From the human T2T-CHM13v2.0 reference genome, Homo sapiens: DNA of 64,000 nucleotides. Below the pieces are notes generated by a model, which worked only from the letters and a program-made list of their open reading frames with translations, searched no databases and was not told the DNA's origin. Every line of letters begins with the position of its first letter. Within the stretch, counting starts at the first letter, position 1. A program made the translations under genes and the position numbers. Shown in pieces: positions 1 to 13,245 of this stretch. The stretch lies in NCBI RefSeq assembly GCF_009914755.1, contig NC_060927.1; one strand, 5' to 3'.

Positions 1-643
1 ATCTCTCAGGGTTTCTTCTGCTTTGAAATGCTGATCTTAATTTCTAAAGTAAACAAGAATTGAAATAGATTCTATGGGTCTTTGTTAAATCACATATTCA
101 TATATATACTTTATGATTAATATTAAAAGGTAATAAGTATATGAGTTGACATGTCACTAAATTATGCTTTATATCTTACTTCTGATACATTTTTTCTCAC
201 AAATTAATTTCTTGTATTTAGGAATGCTGATTTTATTTCAAAGTTTAGCCCTGATGAGGAACCAACCTCAGTTTGTTCATTTGTAAAAGAGCTATTAGGA
301 GGATTAAAAGAGTTCATAAATATTAAATGTTTACAAAGCTCCTGGCACATAGTAAGTGCTCAATAAATGCTATTATTATCATAATTAATGGCTGCCAAAT
401 ACTCTTCTAAATCTTCTTTAAGATACTACTAGATTTCTAGAAGATGGTGAGGTAGAATATATTTTTTTAAAGGCCTAGCATAGTGCCTAGCATAGTTAGT
501 TGCCCTCTAAATTAAAAAAAAAATTCTATCATCTTACATAAATAGATGTCAGTAGAAGTCATACTAATGTGCCTGTTTATGAGACATAAAAGCAGAACTT
601 TGAGTACAAAATGTTAAGTTTCAATATTAAAAATATTACTTAC

Positions 644-737
644 GGCTTTGCTTATTCTCCTTTGGTAACTGAATTTTGTTTGTTTGGCTGCTGCCTTCCA
701 GGACAAACACAAAACTTTTAACTTCTTTATCAAACTC
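644..737 (-). CDS. CFAP20DC: CFAP20DC coding exon 3 ([31 protein letters not shown] + 1 nt)
   Basis: 94-bp exon with minus-strand acceptor ttttgttctatAG (739-738) and donor GTAAGT (643-638). In frame with exons 1-2; peptide recognised as the CFAP20DC/C3orf67 N-terminus. Gene continues left of the window. Confidence 0.93.
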
Positions 738-1579
738 CTATAGAACAAAATGAAAACAGTAGTTATCACAGGATATTTTATTTGGCTTCTACTATAAAAT
801 TGAAACTTCAGATCTACAGGGAAAAAAAAATCCCATATTCAAATAACTTAAAAGCAGGCTCAGGCCTTAGTACTTTTATTCCAAGACTTGCTGGGAACTA
901 GAATACGGAGGCATGGTGAAAGGACAAAGAGCAAGGGCATTCAAGGTGTGGACTGGAAAGTGACTGAAATTATGGATGATGGATTCTGGGCTGGAGAGAA
1001 AAGGGAGATAAATAAAATAAATAAATAAATTAATTAAATCAATAAATAAAGCAAAACAAAACACAGGAAAAGTAGAACAGTCAATGGCCTAAAGTTCCCA
1101 ATGAAGTTGAAGAAGAGAGTGGAGTAATTGAGCAAGCGACCTTAAGAATAAAGATTGGGATCAGAAAGGGACATTTTAATGTCTCAGTAACTTCAGAGGT
1201 CCTATAGTTTGTGGTGACAGGGAGCAGGGTAAGACAGTAGGGATGAATGCTGAAGTAGAGCGGAAGAGGTTGTTAAAGATGAAGAAATCAAGAAACTGAG
1301 AAGCCCAGGACTAGGAGAGATTTTTCTTACAGATACTGAAGTCATCTAAAATGATACACAGCAGGGCATGGAGTACATAGAAGGGTTATGACCTGTGTGC
1401 CAAAGTCTTAGACAACTGAAGAGTGGTGTCCAGGACAGCTGCAGCCAACAATGTCATGAAAGGGTTTTGGAGTGAAAGAACAGGAAAAACAGCTCTGAAA
1501 TTTGATCACGCCCTTTCTTCTATAAGCTTCACTCACATTTCTTCCCCTGATTTATGTGGCTCTAATTTCTAATACTTAC

Positions 1580-1669
1580 TTTCCAAATCACAGATGGACT
1601 ACCAAGGATCTTCCATTTTGCTCCAGGATTTTTTCCTTGAGCACTGAAAATTTCAACAAATGCACCTCC
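1580..1669 (-). CDS. CFAP20DC: CFAP20DC coding exon 2 ([30 protein letters not shown])
   Basis: 90-bp phase 0-0 exon with acceptor ttttctAG and donor GTAAGT; 30 open codons; CFAP20/DUF667-type N-terminal motif. Confidence 0.94.
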
Positions 1670-3350
1670 CTAGAAAATGAAAATAAAATATTAAAAGACA
1701 ATGCTAACGAGGAAGTATTATCCACCACATAGTCTATAACCAGTGTTCCCGGCATCTGTCAGTTAAGCTGATCTGGGATGAAACATTCTCCCTGTTATTA
1801 CTCCTACTTTATACCTTGATTGTATCTAAACCACAACCATTCTGATTTGGATCACCTTGGATTAATGGTTTAAAGAATCTGTTTTTAAAGCATGACAAAC
1901 ATTAAATCAATTGTGCCATACAAACCCTACAGTATCTCAGTGGGGGACTCGTTTACTTGACACATACAGATCATTCTTGCAAAACATTTTATGTTTTACA
2001 GACTGTGTTTTGCAACCACACTAAAGGGTTTAAACGCAATTCTTGAATCAGGCCAATACATTCAGGTAGTTATCTCCAAATACAAGCTTTCTAGTCATAC
2101 TGACTGAGGCTCCAACACTGGCTTTTTAACTATCTGAACTTGGAGTTACTTAACTTCTTGATTCTCCATCTGTAAAATGGGTTGTTGGATTACATAAGAT
2201 ACTAAACATTAAACCTTGAGCATAATACTCAGCTCACAGCAGGGGCTCAACAGCACCATCAAAGTTTATTCAAAAAATGGGAAGGGAAATTAAACAGTTT
2301 AGTACTGGTCAATAAAAAGGCCTGGGAGGGATTTGGAAATTCCTATTTTGAGCATTCCTACAAGATATTTTTACGTATGTAATACAAATTAATGTGAAGA
2401 TCTATAAAATCTGTATAAGAGAAATAAAATATTGTGTCTACAGACAGCCTACTGGTTCCCCATTGTAAACATGAGAACATGGAAGGACACACTTATGTAA
2501 GCACACTGAAGATATTACTGAATGTCCATAAGCTTTAATTATTTAAGAAAGGGGAATTAAATAAGATAATTATCTCTAAGGAAGAATTTATTGCAAAAAA
2601 TGAGAATCCTATATGAGGATTAAATACGGTTTGAATTATAAACAATATGTGAGCAAATCTAATTTCTGTAAGGAATTTCCAGCTTTTAATTTTTCTCAGT
2701 AATATAAAGATATTTTTGCCTCTCAGTTATAACACACGATCACTTGGAGGTAAGACATTTAATGTCTTCTTCCTTAGGCAGTATTACGTGCAAACTGTAT
2801 ATGGGATAGAATTACTATAGCTTGTGAGGGCAGGTAATATTTCACTATGAATTTAAATTTGAGACAGCTAGTTGTTTTAAAAGACAAAAGCCCTCATACT
2901 CGGTGAGACGGCAAACTCTCCCTGCTGCTTTTTGCTTTCCCATGTCCTCCAAGTTTCCTGTAGTGGGCACATGTTTTTTTGATAATATATTTTACCTATA
3001 AGAAGTGAGACAAACTCTCTAAAAGTGTTCTAGCCCAATTAGTGATAACGAATGGGACAGAAGAAAGAGAACTGCAGACTACTCCGAGAGCACTCATAAT
3101 GAGGCAAGTAGTGTTAGGTGAATGAAAAGGCAGAAGCAATAAAGAGGTGGAGACGGGTAGAGAACTGATTAGATACAGTAACAAACGTTCATCAGAACAG
3201 CAGGACTAGCATGGTAAACAGACTGTAAACAAGGAGTGTAACCTCTTGCAAAGGCGAGGAGAGGAGACCAGGAAGGGAGGTGTCCAGTGAGGTGAGGAAA
3301 GCAGGTCGAGACACTCTAGGATACTCAAAGTGACTGAGGACGACCCAGAA

Positions 3351-3810
3351 GCAGTGTTTCTCCAAGTGTGATCCTTGGACCCCCTGCATAGGAATCACTT
3401 GGGGGAACTAGTTAAAAAGCTTAATCAAGTGACCCCCATCCAGAGATTCGGATTCACCAGATCTGGGATGCGGGTCAGGAAATCTGCACGTTTACAAGCA
3501 CCCCAAGAAAGCCTGATGTACTCCAACGTCTGAGATTCACTGACTCCCAGTTCTGTAAAAATAAAACAGCACATAGCCAAAGTGCTTATTTTCTTTCTTG
3601 ATGTAACAATGCATGCATTCACTCATTCACTCTTCTAAATCGCTTCTGAGATACCAGTGTTGCATGAATACTGAGTCTCCAAAGCGCTTTGTTAAAACTC
3701 AAGATTTCTGGGCCCTGCCCTCAAGATTCTGATTCAGGAGGTTTCAGTGGGGCTTAAGATCTCCATTTTAGGTAGAATCACAGACAATTAATTCATCTTA
3801 AGAAACACTG
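3351..3810. mobile_element. MER5A/MER5B-like hAT-Charlie relics (two copies, ~3351-3542 and ~3670-3810)
   Basis: cagtg...cactg-type ends and MER5-like text (gattctgattcagga, aatctgcacgtttacaagcacccca). Confidence 0.6.
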
Positions 3811-4025
3811 AGTTGGAGAGTGAACAAAAGCCAAATCATACGCCTAGACATTGGTAAATTTTTCCTTCTCTCTGGGTCAACAGCATTCACCCATTAATTC
3901 TGTCTTACCCCTGAAAAAGACCTTATTATGGGGATAGAGGGTGCACTTTATCCTCACCCCGATCACGGACTACCTCACCCAAGAGGAGAAAGGTATAGAC
4001 AGGTTGGAGAACCGTTTCGGGTTAC

Positions 4026-4046
4026 CTGGTACTCATTTTTGAACAT
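4026..4046 (-). CDS. CFAP20DC: CFAP20DC coding part of exon 1 (MFKNEYQ)
   Basis: gcgggaATGTTCAAAAATGAGTACCAG|GTAACC on the minus strand at the CpG-island edge. MFKNEYQGG resembles the CFAP20 start MFKNTFQSG. Confidence 0.93.
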
Positions 4047-4570
4047 TCCCGCAGGGGGCCCAGGGCTTGGGGGGCACAGAGTTCAGGGTTTCCAGCGAGT
4101 GGCGTGACCCTGACGGCTGGAAATCGGCTGGCGGGAACCCAGGAGCCCGACGGGTGGGAAAGGGCTTCGTGCTTGGCCCAGACTTGGGCAGGCTCTTCTC
4201 AGCCCCTCCGGCCCCTGGTCAGCTCCATCTCCCGCCCTCCATCAGCACCATTGCGGCTCCAGCCTCCGCGGTGCCCGGGTCTGGGGAGGGCGCAGCTGCC
4301 TGGACGGACTCCGGGCCGTCCCTGGGGAGTGATTGTGTGTGTAACCTACGTGACGGGGCGCCCAGTCGCGGAGCCACAGACAACCGCCCGCTGGCCTAGG
4401 AAAAGCGGGCGCGCTCCCGCTGCCGCCCCACCCCAGAATCAAACCGCGAAAGAGCAGCGCCGAGCGCCACCCGCGTTCCGGCCGCGCCCATTGGTTCCCA
4501 CTGGGCGCCTGCGCGTTGCGCTCTCTAGGCTTCTCGCCGACGGGCACGGGAGGATACGCGGTGACGTAGC

Positions 4571-4584
4571 GTTGCCCAGGCAAC
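4571..4584. promoter_or_regulatory. RFX X-box GTTGCCCAGGCAAC
   Basis: Near-perfect 14-bp palindrome matching the RFX consensus, typical of ciliary-gene promoters. Confidence 0.85.
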
Positions 4585-4621
4585 CGCGGGACTCCTGGAG
4601 AAATGGTGGGCGGTCCAAACG
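4585..4621 (+). ncRNA. Candidate first exon of a divergent lncRNA (probably CFAP20DC-DT); start approximate
   Basis: Plus-strand donor ACG|GTGAGC at 4621/4622 at the far edge of the CpG island. A divergent transcript at this locus is recalled, but its exon structure is not verified. Confidence 0.4.
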
Positions 4622-5090
4622 GTGAGCAGCACGCTCCTTACTTAGGTCATGACCTCTGCCGACTAAAAAGGCTAAACTCAGCGTGGATTAGGGCTATACC
4701 AGGTACTGGACTCTTCTAGAGTACTGTCACATCGGTTTGGTCTCTCCTCGTGGTAAACAGATAACTGGTAGGTTCCTGAGGGATACAGTCATGGACTCAT
4801 GGAACCCTCACGCGGCCTTTGCTTAGAAGGTTCCCAAATTTGGGTTCGTTGAGGCAGTAAGAGGGTCTGCTGGACCCTTTCATTGTTTCAGAAGACCCTA
4901 GGAAGCCAAGATTTTTTTGTAGAAAATAATAACTTATTGAGACTAGCACTGGCTTAAGTGTAACTATTAAGTTACTTTATTTAGTTTCTAGATCAGAGCC
5001 ACTTCTTACATGGAAGGTACTATTGCCAATTTTTGGCTAAGGAACTGTGGCTCAGAAAGGTTAAATGGCTTGGCCAAAGTCATATGGCAC

Positions 5091-6478
5091 TGAGAGGTGA
5101 CAGCATGCTGGCAGTCCTCAGAGCCCTCGCTTGCTCTCGGCACCTCCCCTGCCTGGGCTCCCACTTTGGCGGCATTTGAGGAGCCCTTCAGCCCCCCACT
5201 GCACTGTGGGAGCCCCTTTCTGGGTTGGCCAAGGCTGGAGCCCACTCCCTCAGCTTGCAGGGAGGTGTGGAGGGAGAGGCGCGAGCGGGAACCCGGGCTA
5301 CGTGCCGCGCTTGCAGGCCAGCTGGAGTTCCGGGTGGGCGTGGACTTGGCAGGCCCCGCACTCGGAGCAGCCGGCCAGCCCTGCTGGCCCCGGGCAATGA
5401 GGGACTTAGCACCCGGGCCAGTGGCTGCAGAGGGTCTACTGGGTCCCCCAGCGTGCTGGCCCACCGGCACTGTGCTCGATTTCTCGCCAGGCCTTAGCTG
5501 CCTTCCCGCGGGGCAGGGCTCAGAACCTGCAGCCCGCCATGCCTGAGCCTCCCACCCACTCCGTGTGTTCCTGTGCAGCCCGAGCCTCCCCGATGAGCGC
5601 CGCCCCCTGCTCCACGGCGCCCAGTCCCATCGACCACCCAACGGCTGAGTAGTGTGAGCGCACGGTGCGGGACTGGCAGGCAGCTCCACCTGCGGCCCCA
5701 GTGCGGGATCCACTAGGTGAAGCCAGCTGGGCTCCTGAGTCTGGTGGGGAGGTGGAGAGTCTTTACGTCTAGCTCAGGGATTGTAAATAACCAATCAGCA
5801 CCCTGTGTTTAGCTCAAGGTTTGTGAGTACACCAATTGACACTCTGTGTCTAGCTGCTCTGGTGGGGCCTTGGAGAACCTGTGTGTCCAAACTCTGTATC
5901 CAGCTAATCTGATGGGGACGTGGAGAACCTTCGTGTCTAGCTCAGGGATTGTAAACGCACCAATCAGCGCCCTGACAAAACAGGCCACTGGGCTCTACCA
6001 ATCAGCAGGATGTGGGTGGGGCCAGATAAGAGAATAAAAGCAGGCTGCCCGAGCCAGCATTGGCAACTAGCTGGGGGTCCACTTCCACACTGTGGAAGCT
6101 TTGTTCTTTCACTCTTTGCAATAAATCTTGCTACTGCTCACTCTTTGGGTCCACACTGCTTTTATGAGCTGTAACACTCACCGCGAAGATCTGCAGCTTC
6201 TCTCCTGAAGCCAGCGAGACCACGAGCCCACCAGGAGGAACAAACAACTCCAGACGTGCTGCCTTAAGAGCTGTAACACTCACCGCGAAGGTCTGCAGTT
6301 TCACTCCTGAGCCGGTGAGACCACGAACCCACCAGAAGGAAGAAACTCCGAACACATCCGAACATCAGAAGGAACAAACTCCAGACGCGCCACCTTAAGA
6401 GCTGTAACACTCACCGCGAGGGTCCGCGGCTTCATTCGTGAAGTCAGTGAGACCAAGAACCCACCGATTCCGGACACA
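5091..6478 (+). mobile_element. Solo LTR12C (ERV9 LTR)
   Basis: Starts TGAGAGGTGACAGC and ends CCGGACACA; 4-bp TSD GCAC (5087-5090, 6479-6482); CCAAT enhancer repeats; U5 repeats gctgtaacactcaccgcga x3; interrupts a MIR-like sequence. Confidence 0.95.
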
Positions 6479-7289
6479 GCACCAGTTAGGAACTCTTATC
6501 TGATGCTGCACTCATGGTTGAGTTAGGTCAATGGCATAGGTTAATGCTAATCAGGTACCACTCATAAAATTCCTGCTATAGGCAGAGTGGCTCACAGGTT
6601 CACGATTCTGTGAGGTAAGGGTTAGTCTCCTTTCATTTGAGAAGATTGAGATTCAGAGTCGATTAGGAATTTACTCAAGGATGCAATATTGAGTTTCATT
6701 TATGTTTGAGTCTAAAGCCTGGAATCATTCCACTTCACCCAAAAACCTCAAACATTTATTGTCGTATCATATGCCAACTATTATGGATTATGTAAGGGAC
6801 GCGAAAATAAATGATATTTGGACCTGCTCCTTATCAAGGATAAGAAGAGCAGATAAGGAACAAACCTTCTTGAACATTCTAAGCCAAATAATAGATGGAA
6901 AGGAAATAGAGGTGGGGGCCATGGCACAGCTATACATTGCAGTATAGTGTCTAGAATCCAAAATTCCTGATTTCTAGACTGGCAAACTTAGTTCAACAGC
7001 AGTTTCTTGTAAGGCTCTGTGCTGGAGGCTTTGACAATTGTGATCAATAGACATGGTCTCTGTCTTACAAGACTTATCTGTGGGGGACATTTATCCACTA
7101 ATTCTTTTTAACAGTTTCTAGGAACATAAGATACTTCAAATACTATGCTAAGAGACTGGGTGTGCAGTGAATGGCCCTACCTTCATGGAGCTTACACAGG
7201 GGAGTGAGACAGATGATAAATAAAATAGCAAATAATTACAACTTGTGATAAATATCATGAATTCAATCACAGGGAGTAACATTGGGCGG

Positions 7290-7850
7290 GTATATTAGTT
7301 TCCTGTGGCTGCTGTAACATTACCTCAAAAGGAGTAGCTTAAAACAACAGAAATTTATTCTCTCATAGTTCTGGAGGCCAGAAGTCCAAAATCAAAGTAT
7401 CAGTAGGGCCACACTCCCCCTAGTGGCTTTAGAGGAGGATCCATTCTTTGCCTCATCCAGCTTCTGGTAGCTGTTGGCACCCCTTGAATTGTGGCTTCAT
7501 TTGGAGGCCAGAAGTCCAAAATCAAAGTGTCAGTAGGGCCACACTCCTCTAGTGGCTTTAGAGGAGAATCCATTCTTTGCCTCATCAGCTTTTGGCAGCT
7601 GTTGGCACCCCTTGAATTGTGGCTCCATTTCTCCAGTCTCTGTCTCACCTCCGTGGTCACATTGTCTTCTCTTCTGTGTGTGTTTTCCCTGTGTGTCTCT
7701 TATAAAGAGGTTGTAATAGTATTTAGGGCCAACTTTGATAATCCAAGGCAATCTCTTTATTTCAAGATAATTTAATCACATCTCCAAAGACCAATTTTTC
7801 CAAATAAGGAAACATTTACATGCTCCAGGGGGTTGATGTGAATATCTTCT
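7290..7850 (-). mobile_element. MLT1 (MLT1C-like) MaLR LTR with internal 130-bp tandem duplication
   Basis: tattagtttcctgtggctgctgtaaca...aaaacaacagaaatttattctctcatagttctggaggccagaagtcc is typical MLT1 text; 7372-7501 is repeated at 7502-7630. Confidence 0.8.
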
Positions 7851-10603
7851 TTGGGCAGCTGTTAATAATAAGGATGGCAAAAGGTATAATGAAAATCTGG
7901 GAAGAATCTAGGGGACATCTTAAGGCTTCTAACAATCTACTTGGGTCTCTGAAAAGGGTCTTTTGACACCATAGTTGAAGTGAAATCCACAACTTTGCCC
8001 TACTTTATTTTTTTCTTCCTCTTATGATTACATGAGTTAATATGTTTATCATTTATCTACAACTAAAAGGGTGAATTAATAACCTCAATTTGTCAATGAA
8101 AAAATGAGCTACAGAATTGAAAATGAATAATTACAGTGAATCAGTAAGTCTTATTACTCAGGTGTTTTTGGTTTTGATCACCTGTTTATTCAACTTAAGA
8201 CTAGAAGGAAACAGTGTCCATTTATTTCAGTGTCCTCACTTCCTAAAGAGAAAGTAATAGTCCAAAGCCAAACATTGTCATCTGACCGTCCTAATTTCTA
8301 ACAAGTTCAGGAGACTCAGAGTTGGATTTTCATTAGCAAGTATGATATACTGCTTGTCCAGGAAATGGGCAAATCTGAAAGCTGCCCAAGTTTATCAATG
8401 GTATTTTGCCTATGGTGAGAGCCACCATTAACAATGACAATGGTAGCAATAAAACAAAAATAAGAATGTGCAGTACTTTAACAGTATGAATTCAAAATCA
8501 GAGAAAGGTGGAAATCCAACTTTACAATAGCAAGTACTCTTCAATTTGATTGAATGCAAGCTATGAACAAAAACTTGGATTTGACTATGACTTCAAGGAT
8601 ATCTAGCAGAATTCTGAAAAAAAGAAAAAAAAAGAAAAAAGCCAGCCTGCCCAAACAACTTGGCTTAAACCAAGTTATTTATGTTCATTATAAAAGATAA
8701 ACCAAGTTATTTATGTTCCCTATAAAAGACAGTGAAACAATTTCTTTAATTGCTACAATTTTTTAAGAAGTTGGTACATTTAGTAATTGCGTTAAATTGC
8801 TTAACTTAATTTGATAACTTTAAGATTAGTCACTTTACAAGCTGTAAAGTGCTTGTCTTTGTTCTACAAAGAAAGTGATTGAAAAAAATAATTTGTTGGT
8901 ATATTAATATTAAAGGATATTGGATAGTATTTAAAATGGAATAGACTAGAAACAGTTTTTAAAGAGTGGCAGTCTTCGTATGCCAATATAGCCATTCCAC
9001 TTAGATGAGTATGATTATCAATTTGACGAGAAATAATATCTTTTGAACTAAGAATGTACTGTATTTACCACAATATTGTTGTAGTTTATATTTTGATTAC
9101 AGTACATAATCTAATTATTTGGCTAATGGGAAGAAATAAGATATCTGTTTCATGAGAATTTGCTACACAGTAATCTAGAAATGTTTAATACTTGAAGGGT
9201 TAATTTTTTATACATTATGGAATAGCTTTATGAATGATAATGTTGAGTTGATAGGAAAGTTTTGAAACTGGGCCTATTTTATAGTTTTAAGCAAGAAAAA
9301 TTAATGATACCAAAGTTATTCATTTGACAGGTGATTTGAAAATAGTAGTGTCTTCTTTTTTCCAGAAAGTATGGAATGGTGAAAGTTTTTGAGGGCTTTA
9401 CTGTTTTTAGATTTTCTCCTCAAATGGGTTTTTCCCCCTTCTCAGGTCCATGAGATCCTATGGGGACTATTTCTTGCCTGTACCTATAGATGACCAAGTA
9501 CTTCAAAAGTCATGCATCATTTTAAAATTTCCAAAACCACTTGAAAGCTTTCTCAGGAAAACAAGACAAAACAAAAAAACTATCCCAGTAGTTTGATAAT
9601 TAGGTATGAATACTTTCCTAAATAAAGTAGCTTTACATAGCAAGCACTTAGGTTTAGAAAAACGACCGTTTGCCAAATGCATCTTTGAAAGGAATACATT
9701 TATTGAGTGGATATTTAGTATTAATTTGTTTTACAATGACATAAATGATCAAGGTTTTTAACAGACAAGTTAGATCTAAGTAGCAAGTTTTTCTTGGATA
9801 ACTTTCTCTAACCTAAAGCCAGTTAGTGTTGATTTGTGATAAAAGGGCTGTAGAAAACTAGATGTTTACATGAGAAAGAATGAAATTGGACTCTTGCTTT
9901 ACTTTTTAAATGTATATACATGAATTAACTCAAAATGAATCAAAGACATAAGACCTAAAATTATAAAACTCTTATAAGAAAACATAAGGGGAAAACTTAA
10001 TGACATTGGACTTGGCATTGATTTCTTAACAACCTAGAGTAGATCCAGCTGCATCTAGAGGTCAGAAACATCATCAGGTTTCCTTTCTCCACACTGCTTC
10101 CTCTAGGTTGCCTCAGTCGTTAGGCTGGCTCTCTTTAGGTTTACAAAATGGCTATAGCATTCTCAATTTTACATTCTGATATCGCTAAATAGAGCATTTG
10201 GGGCTAAAGTCCTGAAGTTTACCTTCATTTGGATCAGTTCAGGGGATATGCCTATCTCTGAAATAAACACTTTGGTCAGATAAATAAGCTTAAGGCTAGA
10301 TTAAGTGCTTATTCTTAAACCAGTCCCGGCAAACAAGGAGATGAGATATATTGATTGGCTGGGAATGGGGTACCACCCAAACATGTAACTAGGAATGGGG
10401 AAGGATTGTTTCCCAAAGGAAACTCTGGGTCCTCTTCTAGGGAAGGAGGAAGATGGATATTGGGCAGCCAAAAGGAGATATCTACTATAATGATTTTTTT
10501 TTTTTTTTTACAAATAACAGACACCAGACATATTTTTTAAAAACTCTAACTATACATGAATAATTTAATATGAAAGAAAGGTTCGCTAACATTCTTTAAA
10601 TGA

Positions 10604-10972
<369 letters not shown>

Positions 10973-11329
10973 CATTAACTCTTAATATTCAAGCCTGGAT
11001 TTTTTAAGCTCTTACCTGCTTAGTAACAGGAAATCCAATGTTATTGGATGCCTGTGTATTTCCAGGATCTTTAAGAGGATACTAAGTAGCCAGGAATCAC
11101 TTCAGAAGTGATTACTTAACTGCATTTTTTTCTCAGACCAAACATTTTTATGAGGGATTCCACTTAGTTGCCATTGTTACCACTATTGCCAAAGAATACC
11201 TGCCATGTTTGAAGTTGTTGAAATTAGAATGTAACTGCTTTCGCTAATGTCACCAGTGAAGCAAAGACATCTGGAAGCTGGCCTGACACTCACAGCTAGG
11301 TTTTGGTGTTTTGTTGTTGCTATTGTTAC

Positions 11330-11783
11330 TGAACACCAACAGTTTCACAGAATATCAACATCATACAAAACCACTCTGTGACCATGATGAATCAAGATAA
11401 AAACATGAATATGGTCCAAATCAAAAAGATGACTAAACATTTCCCTATCGTGGTTAATATGAGTGACTGCTGCTTCTTTACCAATTATAGCTAAGCCTTA
11501 CTTCATTCTTCCTGTCTTATATATAAGATTTATTAATATTCCCAATCATTGAAATACTCTTGGTTCCTGACAGGATCCAATCCAGAGCAAAGCTCTACTT
11601 CCCTAAACCCTCCCCTAAATCAGCTAACATAAGCCCAAATCCTATAGTAAGTTCTAACATCCTCTTACTAGCATACCCAAGGTTCCCCAATGGTGTATTT
11701 TCTTCCTTGTTGCAATGAGTAATGAACCCAGCTTCTTCAACTACTGATATATCCCTGATGTTCTTTGGCTGGGGGGCATTAAC
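11330..11783 (+). mobile_element. Old ERV1 solo LTR (MER31/MER67-like)
   Basis: tgagtgactgctgcttctttaccaat body and the ...ctttggctggggggcattaaca end resemble the MER31-group U5; left boundary approximate. Confidence 0.55.
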
Positions 11784-12195
11784 ACCAGTAAATCTAGAAT
11801 TTTGTGTTTTTATTCTTAGGAAGCAAACTGAATGGTTATTGTGAATTTCACTCAGTTGCCAGGAAGAAGAAAAGTCTTTTCTGCAAAATTATTTGAGCCC
11901 CAGTATTCAGTGGTTAGCAATAAAGCTATTGCACTCAAATGATGCAGCTAGTCCAGACCTAACTCTGAAGCCCAGACCCCAATTGGAACTATTTAAATAA
12001 AGTGATCTACACTGTCGCCCTGAGTACCACTTACACTGCCTACCACCATCATTGTCCATACTGATTTTTCGATGTGTATCTTCTTTCATTTACCAAGAGA
12101 AAGATGTCTTTTCCAGGTAAGATAAGGTGTTTGGGGTGGGGAAGTCCCCACAGCGAAGCTGACTGGGTCCCAAAGTTCTGTAATTTAAAAAATTC

Positions 12196-12227
<32 letters not shown>

Positions 12228-13245
12228 TCACAGGCCTATTCCATGAGGTTGGTTGGGTTGGGACAAGTTTGACTATTTGCCCTACCCATACCAATATTTC
12301 CTTATCATTTCAGGTCCTGTTACTCATCTAACTCATTGTATATTCTTTCCTAATGGTGAATTCTTTTCTGAAGCCCCTCCTAAAATCTGATTTCCCCAAT
12401 TTTCTGTCAGTTAGGCATAGCTCTGTCAGGTAGGCATACATATGTCAACAGAGTTTAAATATTTTTCTCCTGGGAGGCTCTTGGCCCTCAATAAAACCAC
12501 CAGATGCAAATAGGTTATGTGTATGAAGAAATTCACACCAGTCCCCTAAAATATCTAATCTTAGTTCAAATTAGACCACATAGAGAGGGAAGTTGTCTAA
12601 CTCAACTGTCCAAAAGCATCTGAGTTCCACCTCCACTCAAGTGCCCTAGTACTAGCTTATATTTCACCACCAAGAATATGTGCAGAAGAATGGGATTTCC
12701 TTCTCTCTTTTCCCCTTTCTCACCCCACAGGAGGCAGATATTTTGTTTAGCATATTAAATGCCGTTAAGCTATGGAACACAGTCAATAATATGTAGAGAA
12801 AAGTCTATTCATCTCATAGAAGTTCCAGTGTGAAGAACCCGAAGGACTTCTCAACCCCACCTCACCCACCTCTTACCCCAGGGCCCAGGGTAAGGACCTA
12901 CCATGACCACTAGGATAGAGAGACAGGTGAAACTTAGAATTCTCCTTCAGCTATGCTTCTAGGATGGAACTGGAACCCAGGAGGGAGTTCAGAGGGATAG
13001 AAAAAGCTACAAAGAAGAGGGAAGACAAGATAAATGCGAAGTGGGAAAAAGGCAGTAGAAGGGAATCCAGGATGTTCATCTTGCAAGGTCTTCTGATGTC
13101 TGATATTTTTTGTGTTTCTGATAAGTTAATGGAAAGGATATTTTCTTGCCATTCACACAGACTTCTGCATGTGTGCTGATAGTGTGTGCCTAATGCATAC
13201 AAACACATTCAGAACACCTTTTCAGAACACATATGAATAATAACC

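Larger units (their letters stand above)
4050..4650. promoter_or_regulatory. CpG island / bidirectional promoter of CFAP20DC
   Basis: GC- and CpG-rich non-repeat segment directly upstream of the ATG. Contains ATTGG (inverted CCAAT) 4490-4494, GCGCCTGCGC (NRF1) 4505-4514 and TGACGT (CRE-like) 4562-4567. Confidence 0.88.

Noticed and set aside
4067-4625. 110-173 aa ORFs over the CpG island
   Set aside because: Stop-poor GC-rich DNA; the plus-strand ones lack ATG starts; no recognisable domain. The real CDS is the spliced minus-strand one.
5006-5713. 235-aa and overlapping ORFs
   Set aside because: Almost entirely within the GC-rich LTR12C U3; typical spurious frames.
6166-6420. Repeat-spacer pattern (gctgtaacactcaccgcga x3) as a CRISPR-like array
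   Set aside because: Normal LTR12 U5 tandem repeats; the spacers are homologous to each other and the DNA is eukaryotic.
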